A DNA stretch of 58,772 nucleotides from the NCBI GenBank assembly GCA_964493655.1, contig CAZBOY010000001.1, positions 1 through 58,772 on the forward strand. The letters run 5' to 3'. Of this stretch, positions 9,685 through 18,327 are shown one piece after another. A program made the position numbers and the translations under genes. How positions within the stretch are numbered: position 1 is the stretch's first letter; every line of letters begins with the position of its first letter. Source of the DNA: Candidatus Woesearchaeota archaeon. GTDB lineage: Archaea > Nanobdellota > Nanobdellia > Pacearchaeales > GW2011-AR1. The notes beneath the pieces were generated by a model. The model saw nothing but the letters and a program-made list of their open reading frames with translations, searched no databases and was not told the DNA's origin.

Positions 9685-9705
9685 TAAGACATGTTTATAT
9701 ATAGA
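9667..9705 (+). promoter_or_regulatory. shared promoter-proximal motif, copy 4, more diverged (TTCATCAAAACCCAGTAGTAAGACATGTTTATATATAGA)
   Basis: Overlaps the stop codon of 9160..9684. A GTAGTAAGA core plus a TATA-like box lie ~25 nt before ATG 9726. Confidence 0.45.
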
Positions 9706-9725
9706 AAACTTCTAAAAAAACCAGT

Positions 9726-12700
9726 ATGAAAAAGCAATTGGTATTTTTAATTTTAGGTTTGATTTTGATTAGTTCTGTTTCTGCTGCAGATGTTGCTTAT
9801 ATTTACAGAAGCTCTTCAATGGTTGACGACAATGTCTTAGATGTTTTTTCTGGTTTGCATTTAAGTGTTGATTTAATCAATGAAGATACTCTTCCAAAAG
9901 ATTTTTCAAATTATAAATTTCTTTTTATTGGAGATGAGAGTTTCAGAAATGAAGAAAACATTCCGGTGGATAAATATCCTTCAATTATTACAAGTTATTC
10001 TTTTGGAAAAGAGTTTGGTTTAACTGATGCTGATGGGGTTTCAAAACTTGCGGCTAATTCTCCTCTCCAAGTAAAAAAAGATAATCAGGCAATTCAGGTT
10101 TATACTCAAGCAAAATATAGTTTAGGAGGTATTGCAATTCCTTATTATTTTTTAGATGATCATAATAAAGCTCCTCAGATGCAATCTGTTGCAAGAACTT
10201 ATACTGGGATTAATCAAGAAAATGATTTCGGGGATGTAATTAGTTATGCTGGTCCAGGTGCAGATTTACTTAATGGAAATGAACTTGATAGTAAGCTGTG
10301 CTTTTTTGGAATAATTGAAAGTGACTACTGGACACCTGCTGCTCGTGAGTTGTTTGAAGATTGTGCTGGTTTTGTTGGAATAACTTGTGAGGGGGATAAT
10401 GATTGTCCTGATGATGAAGAGCTAGACAAATTCTGTAGAAATGATGATGTTTATGTTGAAGTTGAAAAATATGATTGTAAAAACGACGGGACTTTTAATT
10501 CTGAGTGTGTTTCTAATACAGATGATGAACTAGAAAAGAATTGTGATTACTTTTGTTATGATGCTGAATGTGTAAGGTGTAATTTTGATTACAATTGTGA
10601 CGACGGAAATATCCGGACTGAAGATAGTTGTGTAAATCCTAAGACAACACAGAGTTATTGTGAATATGGGGATATAACTTGTTTTAATGATAATGAATGC
10701 GACGATGAAAATAATTATACTAAAGATACTTGTTTAAGCCCTGGAACTGTGAACAGTGAATGTAAGCATGAAAACATAATTTGTTTTGAAAATGAAGATT
10801 GCAATGATGAAAATGATTATACAAAAGACCTATGTAGAAATCCCGGGACAGTTCAATCTCAATGTGAATATCAAGATATAGGTTGTCTTAATGATTTTGA
10901 TTGTGAAGATAATAATGAAAGAACTTTTGATGAGTGTGTAAACCCTGGAACTTCAATCAGCGAATGTAGAAATACTGAAATGAATTGTTTGAATGATGCA
11001 GATTGTGGGATTACCGGATTTGTTGGAGAAGAATTCTGCAACCATAATAATGTTTGGAAAACAAAACAAATTGCTCTTTGTCATAATCCTGCGACAATCT
11101 TGAGCTCTTGTGCTATTGCTGTTTATCCTGAATTAATCCAAGATTGCGATGATGGAGATATTTATACTATTGATAGTTGTGTAGAAGATGGAATTGCTCA
11201 TTGCGAGCATAAATTTTTAGAATGTTTAATAGATTCTGATTGCGACGAAGATTATTATACTAACTGGGAATTTTCTTGTGAACAGGACGATGTTATAAAA
11301 ACAAGAGAGCTTCATGATTTTTTCTGTTGTTTTGGTGAATGTTCTTTTTGTCAAGATCCTTGTGAAATAAATCAGAATACTTGTAAGGAATCAATAACTC
11401 CTGAAACAGAGTTTGTTGCTAATTGTGAATATGGATGTGATGATGGTGAATGTTTGCAAGGATGTTATGAAGATTCTGATTGTGGAGAGGTTCATTATGG
11501 GGAAAGATATTGTGAAGGAAGCAGTTCTATTTTAGAAGAATTCACACCAACTTGTACTGAAGGTGAATGTGGAGAAGAATTAAATCTTATTACTAATATT
11601 TGTTTGTATGGATGTGATGATGGAAAATGTAATGAGCCAGAATGTTCTGTTGCTGAAGATTGCGGGGATGTTGTTGAATCTCTTGAATGTGTTGGAGATG
11701 ATTTAGTTAAAACAATTACAACACCTATTTGTATTGAAGGTCTTTGTGGTGAAGAAACTTCTAATGAAACAACTTATTGTGAATATGGATGTGCAAATGA
11801 CGAATGTATAGAGCCTCCAATTGAATGTAATGCAAATCTAGATTGTGGATTAAATCAATTTTTAAATCAGGAATTTTGCCAGAACAATGATGTGTTTGAT
11901 AATTTTATAGTTTATAGTTGTGTAAATCCTGGACAAGTAAATAGTTATTGTGAAGAAGCGATTAATCCTCAATTAATTGAGGACTGCGGTGATGATTCTA
12001 ATGGTGAGTGGGGAAATTATTGTAAGGGTGATGATGTTTGGAGAACAAGAGATAATATAGATAAGGGATGTGTTTCTGGAGAATGCTTTTCAGAAACAGT
12101 TGTTGAAGATGAATTTCTTGTTGCTTGTGAATATGGATGTGATAATGGAAGTTGTATTGAAGGAACTCATGATGTTGCTTTAGTTGATTTTACTAATTCT
12201 GTTAATGGAATCGGTATTCAAGATTTAGGAGGAAATTATATTTTAGGAAATACTGCAACATTGAATTGCAATCAAGAATATAAAATATGGATTGATGTTG
12301 AGAACAAAGGAGATTTTGGAGAAGCAGTTGAATTTGAAAGTTTTGTTGATGGCTTGTTATTTAATCATCTTCAGGTTGATAATCTTCTTCCACAAGAGAA
12401 TAAATTAAAATATAGAACTGTTAATTTTTCATTAGAAGAAGGGGCTTATACAATCTCTGTTGAAGCTATTATAAACTCTGATGATAATTTAGAGAATAAT
12501 CTTGTTCAGAGAAATATAGAAATTGTTTGTGAAGAACCACCAATTGTATGTGAAAGAGATTCTGACTGTGGAACAAACCAATGGATTGGGGATGCACTTT
12601 GTTCAAATAATGATGTTAACCAAAACTTTAAAGTTTTCACATGTTTAAATCCTGGAACAATTAATTCTCAATGTGTTGATCAGGTTGATTTGATTTTAAA

Positions 12701-13223
12701 AAATGATTGCGGTGATGATTCTAATGGTGAATGGGAAAACTATTGTAAAGCAGATGATGTTTGGAGAACAAGAGATAATATAGATAAAGGATGTGTATCT
12801 GGAGATTGTTATTCTGAGGAATCTACTCAAGATGAATTTCTTGTTGCTTGTGAATATGGATGTGCAAATGACGAATGTATAGAGCCTCCAATTGAATGTA
12901 ATGCAAATCTAGATTGTGGATTAAATCAATTTTTAAATCAGGAATTTTGCCAGAACAATGATGTGTTTGATAATTTTATAGTTTATAGTTGTGTAAATCC
13001 TGGACAAGTAAATAGTTATTGTGAAGAAGCGATTAATCCTGAACTTATTGAGGATTGTGGTGATGATTCATTTGGAAATACTTATTGTATTGGAAAGGAT
13101 ATTTATCAAAATCAAACAGTAGTTAGTTGTGCTGATGCAAATTGTTTTAGTGAAATAAATCCTGTATTAGTTGGAAGTTGTGACTACAGATGTGCAAATG
13201 GGGGTTGCATAGCTTGTGTTTAA
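9726..13223 (+). CDS. giant secreted Cys-rich modular surface protein (1165 aa) with an internal CARDB-like domain
   Basis: Signal peptide and an N-domain paralogous to 7050..8114. Tandem 34-aa four-Cys modules (C-x5-C-x10-C-x9-C, e.g. CFNDNECDDENNYTKDTCLSPGTVNSECKHENII). Larger duplicated Cys-rich units. CARDB-like HDVALVDF...ENNLVQRNIEIVC. Confidence 0.85.
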   Translation: MKKQLVFLILGLILISSVSAADVAYIYRSSSMVDDNVLDVFSGLHLSVDLINEDTLPKDFSNYKFLFIGDESFRNEENIPVDKYPSIITSYSFGKEFGLTDADGVSKLAANSPLQVKKDNQAIQVYTQAKYSLGGIAIPYYFLDDHNKAPQMQSVARTYTGINQENDFGDVISYAGPGADLLNGNELDSKLCFFGIIESDYWTPAARELFEDCAGFVGITCEGDNDCPDDEELDKFCRNDDVYVEVEKYDCKNDGTFNSECVSNTDDELEKNCDYFCYDAECVRCNFDYNCDDGNIRTEDSCVNPKTTQSYCEYGDITCFNDNECDDENNYTKDTCLSPGTVNSECKHENIICFENEDCNDENDYTKDLCRNPGTVQSQCEYQDIGCLNDFDCEDNNERTFDECVNPGTSISECRNTEMNCLNDADCGITGFVGEEFCNHNNVWKTKQIALCHNPATILSSCAIAVYPELIQDCDDGDIYTIDSCVEDGIAHCEHKFLECLIDSDCDEDYYTNWEFSCEQDDVIKTRELHDFFCCFGECSFCQDPCEINQNTCKESITPETEFVANCEYGCDDGECLQGCYEDSDCGEVHYGERYCEGSSSILEEFTPTCTEGECGEELNLITNICLYGCDDGKCNEPECSVAEDCGDVVESLECVGDDLVKTITTPICIEGLCGEETSNETTYCEYGCANDECIEPPIECNANLDCGLNQFLNQEFCQNNDVFDNFIVYSCVNPGQVNSYCEEAINPQLIEDCGDDSNGEWGNYCKGDDVWRTRDNIDKGCVSGECFSETVVEDEFLVACEYGCDNGSCIEGTHDVALVDFTNSVNGIGIQDLGGNYILGNTATLNCNQEYKIWIDVENKGDFGEAVEFESFVDGLLFNHLQVDNLLPQENKLKYRTVNFSLEEGAYTISVEAIINSDDNLENNLVQRNIEIVCEEPPIVCERDSDCGTNQWIGDALCSNNDVNQNFKVFTCLNPGTINSQCVDQVDLILKNDCGDDSNGEWENYCKADDVWRTRDNIDKGCVSGDCYSEESTQDEFLVACEYGCANDECIEPPIECNANLDCGLNQFLNQEFCQNNDVFDNFIVYSCVNPGQVNSYCEEAINPELIEDCGDDSFGNTYCIGKDIYQNQTVVSCADANCFSEINPVLVGSCDYRCANGGCIACV
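11778..11969 (+). repeat. perfect 192-bp intragenic direct repeat, copy A
   Basis: Identical base for base to 12849-13040 when read by eye. Encodes CEYGCANDECIEPPIECNANLDCGLNQFLNQEFCQNNDVFDNFIVYSCVNPGQVNSYCEEAINP. Confidence 0.9.
12849..13040 (+). repeat. perfect 192-bp intragenic direct repeat, copy B
   Basis: Lies 1071 bp downstream of copy A. The neighbouring duplicated units are clearly more diverged (roughly one difference per 8-10 nt by eye). Confidence 0.9.
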
Positions 13224-13224
13224 G

Positions 13225-14301
13225 ATGGTAAATGATTATTCAAGAAGAGCATTTGTTAGTAGCATATTAGGGGCTGTATGTGGGGGGTGTGCAAAAATCG
13301 CCGGAGATTATATGAAAGATCCAGAAGCCACTCCAGGTATTTTAAGAGAGGGTATTGCAAGACCTTATAATGCAGTAAGTGTTGAAGTTCCTACAAATTC
13401 TGAAGATGCTAGAAATAAAATGAATGAAGGTTTAGGGAGAATTCCACAAAATCTTGTTAGACTTGTTGATAGTGTTACAAGTATAGTGGGAATTCGAGGA
13501 GGAAGATATTGCGGTTTAGTTTCAACAACTGAAAGATTTAATCCACCAAAAGGAAAGGAATTTGAATATAGAGTAAGAGCAATTGTAACTCAACCAGGAA
13601 GGGGTATTGCAGATGTTTTAGAATGTGCTTCTAATTTAATTGGAGATATTGTTAAACCAGGTGTACAAGCTGTGAATTTGGGTATGGTTCTTCCCCTATC
13701 TTCAAATAATGTTAATGTTGATGCATGGACAGATGTGGTTAAAGGGCCATTGAGAGCAGGATTATATTTAGGACAGGAAATGGCTGGAGTTGGATTGCCT
13801 GCTTCTTGGAAATCTAGTGTTTTTGGTATGAAAAAATGGGCAGGATTTGATTTAAGTGAAGAAGATGAAAGAACTCATCAAGAATTACAAATGAAATTTA
13901 AAAGATTATATGAAGGAGAAATAAAACCAGATATTGCAAGGGTTATTGTAAATGCAATACCTGCTGTTGGAAATAGTTTAGATAGTTTATTTTGGAGAAC
14001 AAATGTAAGGGGTAATAGTGGGACATACCAAATTGTTGTTAATTTCATGGAAAATGGAATACCTGCTCCAGTGCATGTTGGAGATGAATCATTTGCAGAT
14101 GATAAAAAATGGTATGGTAAGGATAAAGATCCTACAAAAGCTCCTGGAGTTTTTATAAATAATGAATTCAGACCGGCAAAATCTGTTTTATTAGAATTAA
14201 TAAAATTAGCTCCATCTTTTGCTGGTTCTGGTGGTGGGGGTGGTGGTGGCGCAAGTCCTGCTAGTGGTGGTGGTCGTTCAGGAGGTTCTGGAGGAAGATG
14301 A
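13225..14301 (+). CDS. protein of unknown function with a twin-arginine-like N-terminus and a Gly-rich C-terminal tail
   Basis: ATG lies 1 nt after the stop of the giant gene. N-terminus MVNDYSRRAFVSSILGAVCGGCA; C-terminus SGGGGGGGASPASGGGRSGGSGGR. Confidence 0.7.
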   Translation: MVNDYSRRAFVSSILGAVCGGCAKIAGDYMKDPEATPGILREGIARPYNAVSVEVPTNSEDARNKMNEGLGRIPQNLVRLVDSVTSIVGIRGGRYCGLVSTTERFNPPKGKEFEYRVRAIVTQPGRGIADVLECASNLIGDIVKPGVQAVNLGMVLPLSSNNVNVDAWTDVVKGPLRAGLYLGQEMAGVGLPASWKSSVFGMKKWAGFDLSEEDERTHQELQMKFKRLYEGEIKPDIARVIVNAIPAVGNSLDSLFWRTNVRGNSGTYQIVVNFMENGIPAPVHVGDESFADDKKWYGKDKDPTKAPGVFINNEFRPAKSVLLELIKLAPSFAGSGGGGGGGASPASGGGRSGGSGGR

Positions 14302-15257
14302 AAAAAACAATAACAATTTTATTGCTGGTATTATTTTTAAGTTTAAACTTAGTAATTGCCGATAGATATGAGGATAATAATATTAAATATGGAAAAATTG
14401 ATTCTGGCGGAAACTTAATTGAAACTTCAACTCCTATCAATGGTGCGAGTGTTTTAGGATTTGTTTGCAGTTCTGCAGATTGTGGAAGTGTGTCAGGAAG
14501 ATTATGGTCAAATATACTGAATACAAATACTGATTTTATTCAATTGGTTTATCCATATGAATTATTATCTAATTTTGGTTATGGGGTTTACTTTTTTAAA
14601 GATGGATATATTCCTTATGAAGTTGATGTAGATTGGTGGGGAACAAATTCCGGAGATCCTGTAGGACCTTATGATAATTATTTATCTAAAAAAGAAATGT
14701 GCGTTTCGGATATAAGTAATTTAGGAGTTGCTCTTGATAATCATAATGTAGATGTGAATCTTAAAGTTAAATCTCCTATTGATAATTCAGGTCCTTTAGA
14801 TTATATTCCTTCTGAACTTAAAGAACATTATAGTGCAGATGTAGGAGTTGAACTTGATGTTTTGAAAGATGATTCTTCATATTATGAAAAAACAGAATCC
14901 GTAGATATTCCATTTTCTGAAAAAAAGAATGTTGGTTTTTCTTTTGCTGCTGAACCTGGAGATTATGAATTAGTTGTTTCTACTTTTATTGGTGATGACA
15001 AATGTTTAAGTTATGAACCTGATGAACAAATTAAGAAGTTTACAATTTGCTATGTAAATAATGATTGTGGTTCTTCAGCATGTATTGAAAACGGAAACTA
15101 TTGCGGAGTTGACGGAAACATCTATCATGATTATGCAGGTTTAAAATGTGAAAATCCTGGAACACTAAATGGGGTATGTTCGCAAATTTCTGAAAGCAGA
15201 AAAATAGGGACTTGTTTATATGGTTGTGGAAGTGGAAAATGTTTGGGTAAGGGGTAG
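14298..15257 (+). CDS. secreted protein with a C-terminal Cys-rich module like those of the giant protein
   Basis: ATGA overlap with the upstream gene and a signal peptide. C-terminus CYVNNDCGSSACIENGNYCGVDGNIYHDYAGLKCENPGTLNGVCS...CLYGCGSGKC. Confidence 0.75.
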   Translation: MKKTITILLLVLFLSLNLVIADRYEDNNIKYGKIDSGGNLIETSTPINGASVLGFVCSSADCGSVSGRLWSNILNTNTDFIQLVYPYELLSNFGYGVYFFKDGYIPYEVDVDWWGTNSGDPVGPYDNYLSKKEMCVSDISNLGVALDNHNVDVNLKVKSPIDNSGPLDYIPSELKEHYSADVGVELDVLKDDSSYYEKTESVDIPFSEKKNVGFSFAAEPGDYELVVSTFIGDDKCLSYEPDEQIKKFTICYVNNDCGSSACIENGNYCGVDGNIYHDYAGLKCENPGTLNGVCSQISESRKIGTCLYGCGSGKCLGKG

Positions 15258-15316
15258 GTTTTAAGTTTAGTTAAAAATGTTGAAGCCTAAAATTGGGAAA
15301 AAGAGTTCTGTGAAAA

Positions 15317-15985
15317 ATGGTAAATGTTTTTGAACAACACAAGGCAGAAAACGAAAAAGGCAAGCATGTAAGATTAAGTTATAGAAATAGGGATGTTCTT
15401 ATTTTTGAACATTGTAGAGATAATCCAGTGGTTTCTGAATGGGTTTTAAACTATAATGTTTTTATTCCTTCTTCACAACTCCTTTTATTTAATTTCGGAC
15501 ATGCTTGGGATTTTTTAGAAAAATTAAGAAAAAGAAATGCAAGAAATGTAAATGATGCTATTGAAGAAGCTGGATTAGGAAATACAAGACATGGATTATT
15601 GCAACAATGTTCTAATATTCAGGCTTGGATATCTATGATTAGTTCTGGACCAGATAGATTGCCTTTAGATTGTCAAACTGCTGAAAGATATATTTTAGAG
15701 AGAGAATATCAGGCAACACAGATTACTCGTGGACAGGGTTCTGTTTTGATTGAAGATTATTCTGAACATCCAAATCCTTTTGCAATTACGTTTCCCTATA
15801 ATCTAGGAGCCTCGCTTTTTCTTTCGCAAATAAGGATTAATGCTTTTGATGCAGATGTTGCTGGAGAATTATCCAATTTGGTTTCTAATGTTGGTGCTGT
15901 TAAAATTGAAGAAGGAAACTTAAAAGAATTAGAAAAATCTTTAGAACAAGTTTTATCTGAATTTACAGTTTCGATTAATAGATAA
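15317..15985 (+). CDS. hypothetical cytoplasmic protein
   Basis: 222-aa ORF in an AT-rich background. No signal peptide or motif recognised. Confidence 0.6.
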   Translation: MVNVFEQHKAENEKGKHVRLSYRNRDVLIFEHCRDNPVVSEWVLNYNVFIPSSQLLLFNFGHAWDFLEKLRKRNARNVNDAIEEAGLGNTRHGLLQQCSNIQAWISMISSGPDRLPLDCQTAERYILEREYQATQITRGQGSVLIEDYSEHPNPFAITFPYNLGASLFLSQIRINAFDADVAGELSNLVSNVGAVKIEEGNLKELEKSLEQVLSEFTVSINR

Positions 15986-16015
15986 TTTTAAATTCTTAAG
16001 TTTATTATTCAAACT

Positions 16016-16717
16016 ATGAACTGGAAAAAAATCGTAATTATTTTTCTTATTATTTCTTCAGGGATATTTTATTATCAACTTACTGGAAAAGCTATTTATC
16101 AGATGCAAAATGTTTTTATTGTAAGAGTTCTCGACGGAGATACAGTTGAATTGCAAGGTGGTGAAAAAATAAGGTTGCTTGGGATTAATACTCCTGAAAA
16201 AAATATGTTTTATTTTGAAGAGGCGAAATTATTTTTGGAAAAATTGGTTTTAAATAAGAGTGTTGGTTTTGAGTTGAAAGACACAGATAAATATGGGCGG
16301 TGGCTTGGTTATATTTTTGTTGGGGATAAAATGATTAATGAGAAAATATTGAATGAAGGTTTAGCATCTCTTTATGTTTATGAACCTGATGAGTATTTTG
16401 AGAAGCTTGAAAAAGCAGAGGAATTTGCTAGGGGGAATGGGCTTGGGATTTGGAGGAAGTCTTCTCAGGATGGCTGTGTTGAGCTTAGAGAGTTAAAATT
16501 TCAAGAAGATGAACGATGTAATAATAAGGAAAAATTGGTTTTGTTTAATAATTGTGGAGAGATTGATGTTTTGATTAAAGATGATGCTACACATATTTAT
16601 CTGGAGGTTTTACAGCCTGGCTTGAATGAATTTAATTTTTCGTGTGTATGGAATGATGCGGGAGATTCTATATTTATTTTTGATGAGAAGGGGCTTTTGT
16701 TGTTTTGGAGATATTGA
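16016..16717 (+). CDS. membrane-anchored/secreted staphylococcal-nuclease-like (SNase) protein with a C-terminal lamin-tail-like domain
   Basis: N-terminal TM helix. SNase motifs VRVLDGDTVEL..IRLLGINTPE...DKYGRWLGYIF. C-terminus KEKLVLFNNCGEIDVLIKDD...WNDAGDSIFIFDEKG is LTD-like. Confidence 0.8.
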   Translation: MNWKKIVIIFLIISSGIFYYQLTGKAIYQMQNVFIVRVLDGDTVELQGGEKIRLLGINTPEKNMFYFEEAKLFLEKLVLNKSVGFELKDTDKYGRWLGYIFVGDKMINEKILNEGLASLYVYEPDEYFEKLEKAEEFARGNGLGIWRKSSQDGCVELRELKFQEDERCNNKEKLVLFNNCGEIDVLIKDDATHIYLEVLQPGLNEFNFSCVWNDAGDSIFIFDEKGLLLFWRY

Positions 16718-16752
16718 GAGTGGTTAAATTTTTGTGATATTAGTTTACATAA

Positions 16753-16866
16753 CCCCTGCAAAAATCCGTTCATTTCATTCATTCTCACATTTTTGCCCCG
16801 CCAAAAAAGTTTATAATCACTGATAACCCTTCGATGATTTATTGTGAGATTCATAAACTTCTCTGG
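16753..16866. repeat. second repeat family, locus 1 (segment X 16753-16797, segment Y 16820-16866)
   Basis: Y matches 20647-20694 in direct orientation. X matches 20698-20740 as its reverse complement. The listed ORF 16597..16854 is probably spurious. Confidence 0.7.
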
Positions 16867-16965
16867 TTCGAACGGGAGTGCGAAAGATTTGCTCTAAACA
16901 AACTAAGATAATATCAGAGAGTGAATCTTGAGTTAGGAGGAGCGGAGTGAGAGCAGGAAATTTAA

Positions 16966-18231
16966 CTAATTATTTTTTCCTTCAATTAAATAAACATCAT
17001 CTCCTTTTTTTAGGATTTTATCATCAGCAAATTTTATTCCGACATCATCGCCTTTTTTAGCTGTTTGGGTTGGATTTTTATTTATCTCTATTGTTTTTAC
17101 TTTTGTTTTGATGATTCCTGTTTTGCTTCCGATTATGTAAACTTCTTTTCCAACTTTTAATCCATTATTAAAAATTTTGATATGAGCTACATTTATTTTT
17201 GGCCAGTATCTTTCAACTTTTCCGATGAATTTCTTTTTTTGTTCTTGTTCTCCGTTTTCTGAAAAAGAAAAATCATCTGCTGTTGGAGTTTTGATGTAAA
17301 ATCCAGATGATAAACCGCGATGATAAACTTTTTTTAGATTATTTAATCCTTGGGCTATTTCTTCTTTTGTAAGTTTTTTGTCAAGGGCTTTTCGGTATTC
17401 TGATACAACTGTGTAAACATATTCGGGGTTTCTGTTTCTGCCTTCAATTTTAAATGAGGTTATCCCTGCTTGTTTCATTTTTTCAATAAATGGCAAGGTG
17501 CATAAATCTTTTGCAGACATGACTTTGTTGTTATTTAAAATAAGTTCATTTGTTTCATCTGTTTGGTCAATTATTTTATAATTTCTTCTGCAGGGGTGTG
17601 TGCATTTTCCCCTGTTTGCACTTTGGTTGTGCAGGAACTGTGAAGTAAAGCATCTTCCAGAAATAGAGACGCACATGGCTCCATGGCAAAAACATTCTAT
17701 GGGGATTATTTTTGAGATTTTTTTAATCTGTTTGAGGTTTAATTCTCTTGCTAAAATTATTCTTTCTGCTCCAAGTTTTTTGTAGAATTCTGCTGATTCT
17801 GAATTTGAAACAGATGCTTGGGTTGAAATATGAAAGGGGATTTTATATTTTCTGCAAAGTTGAATAATTGATAAATCCCAGCAGATTACAGCGTCTACAA
17901 ATGGCTTTATTTTTTTAATTATATTTTCTGCTTTTTTTAACTCGCTGTCGTAGATAATTGTGTTTAGTGTTAGATAAATTTTTACTTTATTTTGCTTGCA
18001 GATTTTGCTTGATTGTTTTAGTTCTGAAAATGAAAAGTTTTTCCCTGTTGCTCTCATGTTCAGTTCTTTTAATCCAAGATAAACTGCATTTGCTCCTGCT
18101 TGGATTGCAGCATTTAAACATGCTAAGTCTCCGGCTGGGGCAAGGAGTTCGTTTTGAGCAGCTATCTTTGTTTTTTTATTTCTGCGAAATGTAAATTGTG
18201 AGTTGAGGAATTCGTATTTTTGTTGTTTCAT
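16966..18231 (-). CDS. peptidase U32 family protein
   Basis: N-terminal ELLAPAGDLACLNAAIQAGANAVYLG plus a Cys cluster (CFCHGAMCVSISGRC), typical of the U32 family. Confidence 0.8.
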   Translation of the reverse strand: MKQQKYEFLNSQFTFRRNKKTKIAAQNELLAPAGDLACLNAAIQAGANAVYLGLKELNMRATGKNFSFSELKQSSKICKQNKVKIYLTLNTIIYDSELKKAENIIKKIKPFVDAVICWDLSIIQLCRKYKIPFHISTQASVSNSESAEFYKKLGAERIILARELNLKQIKKISKIIPIECFCHGAMCVSISGRCFTSQFLHNQSANRGKCTHPCRRNYKIIDQTDETNELILNNNKVMSAKDLCTLPFIEKMKQAGITSFKIEGRNRNPEYVYTVVSEYRKALDKKLTKEEIAQGLNNLKKVYHRGLSSGFYIKTPTADDFSFSENGEQEQKKKFIGKVERYWPKINVAHIKIFNNGLKVGKEVYIIGSKTGIIKTKVKTIEINKNPTQTAKKGDDVGIKFADDKILKKGDDVYLIEGKNN

Positions 18232-18327
18232 TATATTAAAAGAGAAAGACGGGTTTTAAATTGTTCTGTCTTAATTTCAAAATGACAAAAAAGAAAGGTT
18301 TTTAAAGGGGTTGGGCTTGGATTGGAT

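Noticed and set aside
11778-13040. The 192-bp duplicate as a diversity-generating retroelement TR/VR pair.
   Set aside because: The copies are identical, with no adenine-specific differences. Both are coding and in the same gene, and no reverse transcriptase is present in the window.
16820-16866. CUGA and GAUGA boxes in repeat segment Y as a C/D-box sRNA.
   Set aside because: The order and spacing fit only a D'/C' pair. There are no terminal C (RUGAUGA) and D (CUGA) boxes at the required distances.
16862-16880. GGTTCGAAC, a T-loop-like sequence, as part of a tRNA or tRNA fragment.
   Set aside because: No acceptor, D or anticodon arms can be drawn around it.
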